Source: an uncultured Nitrospiraceae bacterium
Lineage (GTDB): Bacteria; Nitrospirota; Nitrospiria; Nitrospirales; Nitrospiraceae
Assembly (NCBI GenBank): GCA_963706325.1
Contig: CAVPLT010000007.1
Location: 832,001-896,000 of the forward strand
Length of the DNA: 64,000 nucleotides
Direction: 5' to 3'
The notes beneath the pieces were generated by a model. That model was given only the letters and a program-made list of their open reading frames with translations. It did no database searches and was not told the origin of the DNA. Positions 1 to 10,048 of the stretch are shown here, one piece after another. The position numbers were made by a program, and so were the translations under genes. Position 1 is the first letter of the stretch, and every line of letters begins with the position of its first letter.

Positions 1-57
1 GATGTGGAAGCGGAACGGCTCAAATTGCAGGGCACCGGATCGAAGGGGGCTCGGTGA
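1..57 (+). CDS. gmd: 3' end of upstream gene, probably GDP-mannose 4,6-dehydratase
   Basis: Frame 1 reads DVEAERLKLQGTGSKGAR*; stop overlaps the fcl ATG (TGATG). gmd normally precedes fcl, so the call is contextual. Confidence 0.5.
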   Translation, partial: DVEAERLKLQGTGSKGAR

Positions 58-1004
58 TGGATAAGCACGCCCGCATTTACATCGCCGGGCACCGGGGGAT
101 GGTCGGATCTGCGATTGTGCGGGCTCTCAGCGCCGACGGCTTCGACAATCTGATTGTTAGGACCAGCAAAGAAATGGATTTGCGCGACAATGGCCGCGTC
201 AACGCCTTTTTCGCGGAAGCCAAGCCAGACTATGTCTTCCTGGCTGCGGCCAAGGTGGGAGGAATTCTCGCGAATAGTACGTTTCCTGCCGAGTTCATTT
301 ACGACAATCTGGCGATTCAGACGAACGTCATTCATCAGGCCCATGTTCATGGTGTCAAGAAGCTGCTCCTGTTGGGATCCTCTTGTATCTATCCCCGGGA
401 TTCCCCGCAGCCGATGAAGGAAGAGTATCTGTTGACCGGCCCGCTTGAGCCAACCAACGAGTGGTATGCCGTGGCGAAAATCGCCGGCATCAAGATGTGC
501 CAGGCCTATCGGCGGCAATACGGGTGTGACTTTGTTGCGGCTATGCCGACGAATCTCTACGGGCCGAACGACAATTTCGATTTGCAACATTCTCATGTGT
601 TGGCGGCGTTGCTTCGGCGGTTTCATGAAGCCCGTGAGCAGGGAAGTATTCCCACGCTATGGGGGTCGGGCAGCCCAAAGCGGGAGTTTTTGCATGTGGA
701 CGATTGCGCGCAGGCCTGTCTGTTTTTGATGGACCGCTATTCCAATGAAACCATTGTGAATGTTGGGACGGGACAAGACCTCGCGATCGCCGAGCTTGCC
801 ACATTGGTCGCCGAGGTGGTCGACTATCGGGGGGCCGTGCAGTGGGACCGCACCAAGCCGGATGGCATGCCGCGAAAGTTGATGGATTCAAGCCGTATGG
901 CCGCCCTAGGGTGGAAGCCGGCCATCACATTGACTGAAGGCCTGCGCCGGACCTATCGCTGGTACCGGCAGCAGCTGGGCGAGCTTCACGCTGGTCTGTC
1001 ATGA
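57..1004 (+). CDS. fcl: GDP-L-fucose synthase
   Basis: IYIAGHRGMVGSA, LAAAKVGGI, LGSSCIYP, YAVAKIAG, MPTNLYGPNDNF, KPDGMPRK: canonical Fcl/WcaG motifs. Confidence 0.97.
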   Translation: MDKHARIYIAGHRGMVGSAIVRALSADGFDNLIVRTSKEMDLRDNGRVNAFFAEAKPDYVFLAAAKVGGILANSTFPAEFIYDNLAIQTNVIHQAHVHGVKKLLLLGSSCIYPRDSPQPMKEEYLLTGPLEPTNEWYAVAKIAGIKMCQAYRRQYGCDFVAAMPTNLYGPNDNFDLQHSHVLAALLRRFHEAREQGSIPTLWGSGSPKREFLHVDDCAQACLFLMDRYSNETIVNVGTGQDLAIAELATLVAEVVDYRGAVQWDRTKPDGMPRKLMDSSRMAALGWKPAITLTEGLRRTYRWYRQQLGELHAGLS

Positions 1005-1161
1005 AGGCAACAGTACGGGCCTGTCCGTCGGTGCGTAGGTCGGCAGGAACGACCATGCGTTCCGCGTCGTCGCATACGTCTCCTCACGGCGATCGTTCAT
1101 GCGGTTTCCTTTTCAGTCAGGGTTGTCCCTTTACGATCGCGGATCGTAGGAAGTTGTGGTC

Positions 1162-3060
1162 ATGTGTGGTCTAGTGGGGGCGCTGGTCTTCGACGGTGGT
1201 TGGTTTTGCGTGACTGAACCCTACTTGACAAGGATGCGGGACAGCATGGCGCATCGGGGCCCGGATGGAGCCGGACTGTGGATTGGGGCAGGTGGTCGGA
1301 TTGGGTTGGGACATCGGCGACTCTCCATCATCGATCTGGCTGAGGCGGCTGGACAACCGATGGCGAACGAGGACGAAACCCTGTGGGTGACGTTTAATGG
1401 GGAAATTTACAATCATGCGGCGATCAGGCGTGAGTTGGAGTCGCTGGGCGGACATCGTTGGCGGACCGACCACTCGGATACCGAAGTCATCCTGCACGCA
1501 TTCGAGACGTGGGGTATTGACTGTGTATCGAGGTTTCGAGGCATGTTTGCGATCGCGCTGTGGGATGTGCGCCGTCAGGAATTATGGTTGATTCGCGACC
1601 GTATCGGCGTCAAGCCGCTATATTACAGCCTGCACCATGGGCGGCTGACCTTCGCATCCGAGATTAAGGCGCTGTTGCAGGACTCGGAGCAGCCAAGGGC
1701 GCTCCACGAGGAATCCCTTTTCCACTACCTCTCGTTCCTCACGACCCCCGCCCCACAGACCTTGTTTGATGGGATCAAGAAGCTGCCGGGTGGGACCTGG
1801 TTGCGTGTGCGCGCCGACGGGGCCATGGAGGAGCGCCGCTACTGGGACGTCTGGGACCACACCTCTCCCCTGATGGGGCAATCGGATGCGGACATTGCGG
1901 CTCGCGTGCTGGCGCAATTACGGGAGTCGGTGGCGCTTCGCAAGGTAAGCGATGTGCCGGTCGGTGTGTTTCTGTCCGGGGGAGTGGATTCCAGCACCAA
2001 TGCGGCCTTGTTCTCGCAAGGCGAAACTCATCCTGTTAGAACATTTACGATCGGGTACGACGGGGAGTATCCAAGTTATCGCAATGAACTCGGCTATGCG
2101 AGGTTGATGGCCGACGCCGTCGGCGCGGAGCATCATGAACGGCTGCTGTCGCTGGAGGATCTGCTGGCATTCTTGCCGAGGATGGTGGCATTGCAAGATG
2201 AACCGATTGCGGATCCCGTGTGTGTCCCGGTCTACTATGTCTCGCAATTGGCGCGTGCGCACGGCGTCATTGTCTGTCAGGTCGGTGAGGGAGCCGACGA
2301 ATTGTTTTGGGGGTATCCGTCCTGGAAAACAGCCAAGCGACTGCAAGAGTGGAACGAGTGGCCCGTGCCTGCACAGCTGAAACGATTCGGCCTGTGCGGT
2401 CTGCAATGGCTCGGTCAAGGCGAGAGCGTTCACTATGAACGATTGCGGCGCGGGACGCTGCATCAGCCCATTTTTTGGGGCGGCGCTGAAGCCTTTCCGG
2501 AAGCCCTGAAACAGCGCCTCTTGTCGCCGCGCTTACAACGAAGGTTTCGAAACCTGACGTCCTGGGAGGCCATTCGACCCATCCACGAACGGTTTGAGGC
2601 CAAGGCTTGGGAGCAGGGGCCGCTCCAGTGGATGAGCTACCTCGATCTCAATTTCAGACTCCCCGAGCTGTTGCTGATGCGAGTCGACAAGATGAGCATG
2701 GGCGCGAGTCTGGAAGCCCGCGTGCCGTTTCTCGATCATGAGTTCGTGCAATTAGCCATGAGCATCCCTGAGTCAGTGAAGACCAGAGGCGGCGTCGTCA
2801 AGACGCTCCTCAAACAAGCGGTGCGAGGCGTCATTCCGGATACCATCATCGATCGACGCAAACAGGGATTTGGAGTTCCGGTTCATGAATGGATGGAAGG
2901 TCGGCTGGGCATCGTGATGCAGGACACGCTCTCTGATTTTTGCGACCGGACGGACATCTTGGATAAGACCGCCGTACTAAATTTGGTTCGTGAGCAGCGC
3001 GATCCTCGCAGCTGGTATCTGTTCAACTTGGCCTTGTGGTGGAATCACTACATGGTATAG
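1162..3060 (+). CDS. asnB: Asparagine synthase-like glutamine amidotransferase (probable sugar amidotransferase)
   Basis: N-terminal MCG nucleophile, HRGPD, LGHRRLSIIDL, NGEIYN, RDRIGVKPLYY, LSGGVDSS, GEGADE, EARVPFLDH, RRKQGF. Confidence 0.93.
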   Translation: MCGLVGALVFDGGWFCVTEPYLTRMRDSMAHRGPDGAGLWIGAGGRIGLGHRRLSIIDLAEAAGQPMANEDETLWVTFNGEIYNHAAIRRELESLGGHRWRTDHSDTEVILHAFETWGIDCVSRFRGMFAIALWDVRRQELWLIRDRIGVKPLYYSLHHGRLTFASEIKALLQDSEQPRALHEESLFHYLSFLTTPAPQTLFDGIKKLPGGTWLRVRADGAMEERRYWDVWDHTSPLMGQSDADIAARVLAQLRESVALRKVSDVPVGVFLSGGVDSSTNAALFSQGETHPVRTFTIGYDGEYPSYRNELGYARLMADAVGAEHHERLLSLEDLLAFLPRMVALQDEPIADPVCVPVYYVSQLARAHGVIVCQVGEGADELFWGYPSWKTAKRLQEWNEWPVPAQLKRFGLCGLQWLGQGESVHYERLRRGTLHQPIFWGGAEAFPEALKQRLLSPRLQRRFRNLTSWEAIRPIHERFEAKAWEQGPLQWMSYLDLNFRLPELLLMRVDKMSMGASLEARVPFLDHEFVQLAMSIPESVKTRGGVVKTLLKQAVRGVIPDTIIDRRKQGFGVPVHEWMEGRLGIVMQDTLSDFCDRTDILDKTAVLNLVREQRDPRSWYLFNLALWWNHYMV

Positions 3061-3206
3061 CAGAATGCCGAAAAGAACCGTCGGCTTGTTCTCGCATTGC
3101 CCATGGCCGCTATCGATTCCGCAGGGGAAAAGATCCTGTCTCGCCGCGGCCCAAGTCACCCCATGTCGATGGCTTCTTCTGACATAATCTTTGTCGTCCC
3201 TCTGGT

Positions 3207-5322
3207 ATGAACCACGATTCTCCGATCGATCTTTCCGAACGTATTCGCTCGAAGATCCACAGCGTGGGGTTGGGCGCCACCTTCCGCATGGGCGTCCGTA
3301 AAGCCGTGCGACCTCTGCTGTCGTTATGGCGCGCGCAAACCAGGCGACGTTCTTATCAGGTAGACAGGACAGAATTGGCGGCTGCGCTACACACGACTCC
3401 TGACGAGGTTCTCTCTGTCGTAGTCCGGATGAGGGGCGACTTTGCCCGCCGTCTACCGATCTCGCCCCGTGATGTGCCGGCGATTCGTACTCTTTATCAA
3501 GAACGCGCCCCCGGCCTCCTCGCGGAGACCATCGAGTCAGCCGACCAGGTGTGCCATCATGTGTTCGACCTGCTGGGATCCGGCCCTGTCGCGTTGGGTG
3601 CGACTATCGATTGGCACCGGGATTTTAAAAGCGGATACCGATGGAACCCCAATCAGTGCTTTCTGGACATCGCCCATGGCCATCGAGCCGGCGTCGACAT
3701 CAAAGTGCCATGGGAGCTGTCTCGCGGCCAGCACTTGGTGCTGCTGGCGCAAACAGCGCTGCTGACGGGCGAACCGAAGTATTCCACCGAATGTGTGGCG
3801 CAGTTGGGCGATTGGATCGCAACCAATCCACCAGGGTGCGGGGTTAACTGGGCCTGCCCGATGGAGGTCGCCATACGCGCGGTCAATTGGTTGTGGACGC
3901 TGTCCCTGCTGATGGAGTCGCCGGTTGTGACCAACGTGTGGCTGGCAGACATCCTTGCGTCGTTGGTGGCGCATGGCCGGTTTCTCATGGAGAATCTGGA
4001 GGTCCGTGACGACGAAGTGACGACGAATCACTACTTGGCCGATGTCGTGGGCCTGCTGTATCTCGGACTGTGCTTGACGGAGGTGCGCGAAGCCGAATCG
4101 TGGCGGATTTTTGCGGTTCGCGAATTGGCGCGTGAGATGGAACGGCAGGTGCTTCCCGATGGCGTGCATTACGAATCGAGTCTGTCCTATCATCGCCTGG
4201 TGACGGAACTGTTTCTGTCCTCGGCGGTACTCTGTCGGCAGCACAGACATGGAGTTGCCCCGTGCGTTTCACACTCGCCTTGAGAGGATGTGTGACTTTG
4301 TGCAGGGCTATACGAAACCGAACGGACTGGCTCCACAAATCGGGGATGGAGACAACGGTCGTTTGCATATCCTCACCGGATACGGCCGGGTCGACGTGCG
4401 GGACCATCGCCATCTGCTCGCCGTCGGGGGACTGCTCTACGATCGGGCGGACTGGCTCGCGGTGGCGGGACCTTCCTGGGTTGAAGGCTTGTGGTTCAGC
4501 GGGGCGCTTCATATGGCGCGGGCGGAAACGACAGCAAGCGGGGCGCCGCTGTCCCGGAGCGTGGCGTTTCCGGATGGCGGGTTCTATATTTTGCGCGAGC
4601 AACAAGACTATGTGTTGGTTAACTGTAATACCCCCGGCACCAGTGGAGTAGGAACCCATAAACATAACGATCTGCTCTCCCTCGACATGCAACTCGGCGG
4701 GGAAGATATTCTTGTGGATCCGGGTTGTTTTCTCTATACTTCCGATCCGCAGGCCTATAATCGATTTCGTCGCACCGGTTACCATTCGACGGTCAGAGTA
4801 GACCAGGCGGAGCAAAATCGGTTGATTCCTGGGAAACTTTTTTGCCTGCACCCGGATAGTCGCCTGCATGTGTTGCAGTGGGAGATCGGTCAACCGATCG
4901 AACAGGTGGCGGCGGAACATAGTGGATATGGCCGGCTTTCCGACCCGGTTCGACATCGGCGTGAGGTGCGACACCATCGGGCAGACGGGTCGTGGCAGGT
5001 GACCGATTATCTGTCGACTGACGCCGGCGGGTCTCAATCCCATCGTCTCGAATGGACCTTGGCATTCGCTCCCCATTGTTCTCTGCATCGCGAGGGGACT
5101 GGATGGCATGTCGTGACTTCTACGCAGCATTTGTGGTTGGAAGGTCCGCGGTTATCGGTCGCTGACCGCTCCATAGACATTCACCCACAGGTCGAGATGG
5201 AGGAGATAGCGCTCCAATATGGCGTCACATGCCCGGCTCCCTTCTTGCGTTGGAGTTGGGTGGGGCCACTTCCCGTGAAAGGAACCTTCGGCATTTCGCG
5301 CTTGGGCTCGTGTTCGACATGA
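3207..5322 (+). CDS. Heparinase II/III-family protein (one frameshift near 4245)
   Basis: Part 1 has DWHRDFKSG, DIKVPWELSR, NPPGCGVNW..MEVAIRAVNW, NHYLAD, DGVHYESSLSYH. Part 2 continues DMELP..PQIGDGDNG..HKHNDLLS..DPGCFLYT..HST in the next frame. Confidence 0.88.
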
Positions 5323-5349
5323 TTCGACGTCGAGAGGTTGCTGGTTAAG

Positions 5350-5892
5350 ATGATGAAGGCGTTGACCATTTGGCTTACCGGGTTGCCCTGTTCCGGGAAG
5401 ACCACTTTGGCGAGTTTGCTCTTCCGAAGTCTGCTCGAGCAGGGGATGATGAACGTAGAGGTATTGGATGGAGATGTCGTCCGCACGCATCTTTCAAAAG
5501 GACTCGGTTTTTCCCATGCGGATCGCGACACGAATATCCTGCGGATCGGATGGGTCTGCCAGGTGTTGACCAAACACGGGGTGTGCGCGATCGTTGCTGC
5601 CGTGTCGCCGTTTCGCGCAAGTCGAAATGAAGTGCGGGCGATGGTCGAGAAAGCGGGAGGGCCAGGATCGTTCGTGGAAGTGTGGGTGCGTTGCGGTGTT
5701 GAGGAATGCATCAGGCGCGACGTCAAAGGGATGTACGCCAAGGCCTTGCGTGGTGAAATTCAGCAATTTACCGGCGTGTCCGACCCCTATGAGGAGCCGC
5801 TCGATGCGGACATCATCGTGGACACGAGCATAGAGCCCCCGGCGAAATCGGTGAGTCGCATTCTGGAGGCCGTCAATCGTGCCGCACAATGA
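5350..5892 (+). CDS. cysC: Adenylyl-sulfate kinase (PAPS synthesis)
   Basis: WLTGLPCSGKTT P-loop, LDGDVVR..LSKGLGFS..DRDTNI, RDVKGMY, FTGVSDPYEEP. Confidence 0.96.
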   Translation: MMKALTIWLTGLPCSGKTTLASLLFRSLLEQGMMNVEVLDGDVVRTHLSKGLGFSHADRDTNILRIGWVCQVLTKHGVCAIVAAVSPFRASRNEVRAMVEKAGGPGSFVEVWVRCGVEECIRRDVKGMYAKALRGEIQQFTGVSDPYEEPLDADIIVDTSIEPPAKSVSRILEAVNRAAQ

Positions 5893-5921
5893 ACGCGTCG
5901 GCGCTCGACGACTCAGGATAA

Positions 5922-7358
5922 ATGGTTCGACCGGTTGTGGATAAGAGCTTCCTGTGGTTCCTGCTCCCGACGCTGCTCCAAACCATGGTGGGGGTCGGCG
6001 TCATGGTTCCGATCACCACCTATTACCTCGACCCGGCCGATCTTGGCACTGTCGCCATCCTGACCGCCTTGGCCATGCTCGCCACACCGCTTGCATCGAC
6101 CGGCGACAGTTGGGTGCTCTCGACCCATTGGCACGCGACCTCGGAATCCGGCCGGAAGGAACTGCTCTTCAACCTCCTGCTTGCAAATCTCGGGATGAAA
6201 ACCCTCTGGGTCGGTATCTTTTGGCTGCTGTCACCGCTTGTGCTGCCGCATCTCATTAGAGACTATCGCCCCGAGTATCAGCAATACTTTCGATTGGCGC
6301 TGGTGGGATTGTTGGCCGGCACGTTCTGGGTCACGTTCAGTTCGTTGATGGTGATCGAGCGCGCGCCAGTCAGCCACGCCCTGAATGAATCGCTGCAGTG
6401 GGGGGCCGGTGCGATGACGACGTTGCTGGGGCTCTCGGTGGCGAAGATCGGCGTCCTGTCCCTGTTCCTGGCCCCGATCGCCGCTGGACTCATCTCTGCC
6501 GTGCATGGGCTGTGGTACGTGGCCCACAAGCTCTCTCCGCGTCCCAGCCTGCGTTGGGGCAAGGAAATCGTTCGGAGCGGCATGCCGGCGATTCCATTCA
6601 GCCTGATGGACGTGATTGCCAACAGCCTGGATCGCTTCGTCATCCAGCGATGGCTGGATCTCTCGACGTTGGGCATCTATGCCCATTCACAAAGTTATCG
6701 CGGGATGTTCGTCACGGTGACGAAGGCCTACTCGCGGACCATGACGCCCACGTTTCTGGAATTGTTTGCCGGTGATCCCGTCCAGCCGCGGAGGCAGGTT
6801 GAAGAGACGGTGTCGCTGTGGTACCTCTGTGTGACGGCAGGTGGGATTCTGGTCACTCTGTTTTCTCCCGAGGTGATCCATATCCTGACGCACGGAAAGT
6901 TCGATCAGGCCGCGGAACTGGTGCCGATCTGGTTCCTGTTGGTCTACGCGCATAGTATGGGGCTTCCATCTACCCAATATCTGTTGACGGTAAGGCGGAA
7001 CGTTCTGTTGTCCTGGACCTCTATTGTGATTAGCCTGGGAACGATGGGGCTGGTCTGTATCGCCACCTGGCAATTCGGAGTCATCGGCGCGACGAGCGCG
7101 GCGGTCTTCGGGGCGTTGGCGCTGCACGGAATGCGCTTCTACCTGGCTCGCCGTCTCGATTGTCCCTATGGTTTCGAAGCGGGTGTGCTGTGGGGCGTGG
7201 GCACGGTCCTCCTCCTCTACCTGGTGACGTATCGGGTGGGGCTGCCGCTTCCGGCTAAGATCATCCTCGCAGGAGCTGTGATGACGGTGCTAGGGGTCAA
7301 AATTTCGCCGCTGTTGTCGTGGCAGGCGATGAGGCGTGTGTGGGCCGCGCCGAAATGA
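5922..7358 (+). CDS. wzx: Wzx-type oligosaccharide flippase
   Basis: Many hydrophobic segments; PITTYYLDPADLG and DRFVIQRWLDLSTLGIYA motifs typical of polysaccharide flippases. Confidence 0.85.
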   Translation: MVRPVVDKSFLWFLLPTLLQTMVGVGVMVPITTYYLDPADLGTVAILTALAMLATPLASTGDSWVLSTHWHATSESGRKELLFNLLLANLGMKTLWVGIFWLLSPLVLPHLIRDYRPEYQQYFRLALVGLLAGTFWVTFSSLMVIERAPVSHALNESLQWGAGAMTTLLGLSVAKIGVLSLFLAPIAAGLISAVHGLWYVAHKLSPRPSLRWGKEIVRSGMPAIPFSLMDVIANSLDRFVIQRWLDLSTLGIYAHSQSYRGMFVTVTKAYSRTMTPTFLELFAGDPVQPRRQVEETVSLWYLCVTAGGILVTLFSPEVIHILTHGKFDQAAELVPIWFLLVYAHSMGLPSTQYLLTVRRNVLLSWTSIVISLGTMGLVCIATWQFGVIGATSAAVFGALALHGMRFYLARRLDCPYGFEAGVLWGVGTVLLLYLVTYRVGLPLPAKIILAGAVMTVLGVKISPLLSWQAMRRVWAAPK

Positions 7359-7364
7359 CCCTCA

Positions 7365-7529
7365 GCAGGATGCGGAAAAAGTCCGCCGGCTTTCTGAAAG
7401 GCTTAGGCTAAGGCTGAGATTGGAAGAGTCTGCGCCCGATCTCGGCGCGCCAAGACGCGTTTTGCCCCAGGCAAGGCCGCAGCGAGCGAGGTGGTTGAGG
7501 TCAGGGTTGAGCTAAAGCAAGCATCCTGC
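7365..7529. repeat. Intergenic MITE/REP-like element with terminal inverted repeats
   Basis: GCAGGATGC at 7365-7373 and GCATCCTGC at 7521-7529; internal GGCTTAGGCTAAGGCTGAG and GGTTGAGGTCAGGGTTGAG short periodic tracts. Resembles, from memory, intergenic repeats of Nitrospira. Confidence 0.5.
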
Positions 7530-7577
7530 GGGATGTTTTTCTATTGTGCTACGCGTGCGTACCACCTTTGAAAGGAG

Positions 7578-8912
7578 ATGACGATGGCAAGTGAGAGGTC
7601 AACCGGTTCCTCGCAGCAGGCCGGCGGAACGGGTGCGTCCGACCGCCTCACGCGTGCCGAGCCAGCCGGAATGGTCAGCGGCCATTTCAGCCACTGCCAG
7701 AATTGCGGACACCGGCCCCTCATCCCGATCATGGATTTCGGCCACCATCCACCCTGCGATTCATTGGTGCGTCCCGAACAGCTGACCAAGCCCGAGGCGT
7801 TCTATCCGTTGCATCTCTTTCGTTGCGACCGATGCGGCCTCGTACAGATCGACTATGCGGTCGATCCCGCGGAATTGTTCTATGAAGGGTATCCCTACAT
7901 GACCGGGATCACCGGCGCCCTCAAAAGCAATTTCGATGCGATGGCCGGAAAGGTCATAGAGACATTACGGATTCAGCCCGGGAGCCTCGTCATCGACATC
8001 GGCTCGAATGACGGCACGATTTTGCAGGGATTCAAAACGAGAGGGATGCGGGTGTTGGGCGTGGAGCCCACCGGGATTGCGAAGATCGCCAATTCGAGAG
8101 GGATCACGACCCTGCAGACATTTTTCAGCGAGAATGTCGCGCAGGACATTCTGAAGCAAGAGGGGCCAGCGTCGTTGATCACGGCGGCCAACGTGTTCGC
8201 GCACGTGGCAAATCTTGGACCTTGTCTCCGCGGAATCCATGCCCTGTTGGCGGACCACGGCACCTTCATTTCCGAATCGCACTACCTGCTCGATCTCATC
8301 GACACGCTGCAGTACGACACGATTTACCATGAACATCTGCGGTTTTATTCCATCAAACCCATGCAGGATATGATGAAGCGGTTCGGCTTCAGCGTGGTCG
8401 ATGTGGAACGCATCCCGAACCATGGAGGCTCTATCCGGGTGTATGCGGTGAAGGGAACCGAGGGCAAACCCAGTGAACGGATGCAAGAACTGCTGAAGCA
8501 GGAAGAGTCTTACGGGCTATACGATCCTGCACTCTATGTGACGTTTACGCAACGGGTCAGACAGTCGAAATGGAAACTCATGCAGATCCTGTCGGGCCTG
8601 AAGTTGAAGGGTCATCGGATCGCAGGCATCGGGTCCCCGGGCCGGTCCAGCACCGTGATGAACTATTGCGGCATCGGCCCGGACTATCTGGACTACACGG
8701 CCGAACAGTCGACTTCGCTCAAGGTGGGGTTGTTTACGCCCGGCACCCACGTGCCGGTGGTGGATGAGAAGAAACTCTTCGAGGATCAACCGGAGTACGC
8801 GCTCGTGTTAGCGTGGCATCTGGGAGAAACCATCCCCCGCAAATTGCGCAGCAAGGGATTGCGGTCGAAATTCATCATGCCGCTGCCCGAGCCTGTCATT
8901 CTGGACTGGTAG
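7578..8912 (+). CDS. NDP-hexose C-methyltransferase (zinc-binding N-terminus, SAM domain)
   Basis: CQNCG...CDRCGLVQ zinc site, DIGSNDGT, GVEP, AANVFAH, YDTIYHEHL, HGGSIR, KVGLFTPGTHVPV, LAWH. Confidence 0.9.
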   Translation: MTMASERSTGSSQQAGGTGASDRLTRAEPAGMVSGHFSHCQNCGHRPLIPIMDFGHHPPCDSLVRPEQLTKPEAFYPLHLFRCDRCGLVQIDYAVDPAELFYEGYPYMTGITGALKSNFDAMAGKVIETLRIQPGSLVIDIGSNDGTILQGFKTRGMRVLGVEPTGIAKIANSRGITTLQTFFSENVAQDILKQEGPASLITAANVFAHVANLGPCLRGIHALLADHGTFISESHYLLDLIDTLQYDTIYHEHLRFYSIKPMQDMMKRFGFSVVDVERIPNHGGSIRVYAVKGTEGKPSERMQELLKQEESYGLYDPALYVTFTQRVRQSKWKLMQILSGLKLKGHRIAGIGSPGRSSTVMNYCGIGPDYLDYTAEQSTSLKVGLFTPGTHVPVVDEKKLFEDQPEYALVLAWHLGETIPRKLRSKGLRSKFIMPLPEPVILDW

Positions 8913-8932
8913 GCGGATCATCGCAGGGCCGC

Positions 8933-10048
8933 ATGATGACACTCACCCTCGGAATAGTCGGAACCGGGTTCGGCGCACGCGTGCATGCGCCGGCATTCCG
9001 AAGCATTCCGGCGGTCGAGGTGACAGCGATAGCCGGGCAGAATAGGCATAAGGCGGCGCAGGTTGCGCAGGCGCAGGGCATCCCGACGGTCCATGACTCC
9101 TGGGAGGCCCTGATCGACGACGAGAAGATCTCGGCCGTGGTCGTGGCGGTTCCGCCGTTGTTCCACCGCGACATGGTGATGCGGGCGCTCCGGGCACGCA
9201 AACACGTGCTCTGCGAAAAGCCGTTCGGTCTCGATGCCGATCAGGCCGCACAGATGCTCGATCTCTCGCGAGAGGCGGGAACTGTCTGCATGGTCGATTA
9301 CCTGTTTCGAATGGCGCCGGAACGGATGCGACTCAAGGAACTGCTCGACGTCGGGGCGATCGGTCGGATACTCCGCGTCACGGTCGAATGGACCGTGCGA
9401 GGCCGCGCCGCCGGGAACAGCGCCTGGTCGTGGCAATTCGACCCTTCCCGTGGTGGCGGTGTGTTGTTCGCGTTCGGCGCACATGTGGTGGATTACCTGC
9501 AATGGTTGGTCGGCTCGGTGCGAACCGTGGCCGTTCACCTGAGCACGAGAGGCGGACCGAGGGACAGTGTTCCAGGGGATCATCTCATTGCAGCGGATAC
9601 ATTGGATGCCATGCTGCTCCTGGATGACGATATCCCGGTTTCCATGACGATCTCCAATGCCACTCCCGGCGGCCGCGGGCATTGGCTGACGATTTATGGC
9701 GAGCGCGGAGCGCTGGCGGTCGGCAACCCCAATTTGGCCGACGCAGTGGTCGGGACTCGTCTCTATCAATCCGACATGGCCGGTGGAGAGTTGCGGGAAG
9801 TTCCGGTGAGATCAATGGCTGTTGAAGGCGTCGCCGATGGACGGACGGTGCTCGTCGGTCGAATCGCCGAAGCCTTTACCTCCGCTATCCGATCGGGAGT
9901 CTCAGCCGCTCCCTCCTTTGAAGATGGCTGGCGCGCCCAGATCGTTATGGACGCCATGCGACGGGCACATGAGCGGCACTGTTGGATGCCGGTGCGGTTT
10001 CCGGCCGGTCACGAGATGGCATGCAGTCATGCCCGACGCGTTCAATGA
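8933..10048 (+). CDS. Gfo/Idh/MocA family NAD(P)-dependent oxidoreductase
   Basis: GIVGTGFGA, KHVLCEKP, GGGVL...AHVVD. Confidence 0.9.
   Translation: MMTLTLGIVGTGFGARVHAPAFRSIPAVEVTAIAGQNRHKAAQVAQAQGIPTVHDSWEALIDDEKISAVVVAVPPLFHRDMVMRALRARKHVLCEKPFGLDADQAAQMLDLSREAGTVCMVDYLFRMAPERMRLKELLDVGAIGRILRVTVEWTVRGRAAGNSAWSWQFDPSRGGGVLFAFGAHVVDYLQWLVGSVRTVAVHLSTRGGPRDSVPGDHLIAADTLDAMLLLDDDIPVSMTISNATPGGRGHWLTIYGERGALAVGNPNLADAVVGTRLYQSDMAGGELREVPVRSMAVEGVADGRTVLVGRIAEAFTSAIRSGVSAAPSFEDGWRAQIVMDAMRRAHERHCWMPVRFPAGHEMACSHARRVQ

Noticed and set aside
1162..3060. Lasso-peptide cyclase or other RiPP/NRPS role for the AsnB genes
   Set aside because: Both keep an intact MCG glutaminase domain, no precursor or B protein is present, and the context is polysaccharide synthesis.
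3985..5130. Long antisense ORFs (this one, 15729-16898, 18556-19458 and others)
   Set aside because: They are shadows of well-supported + strand genes in GC-rich DNA and have no motifs.
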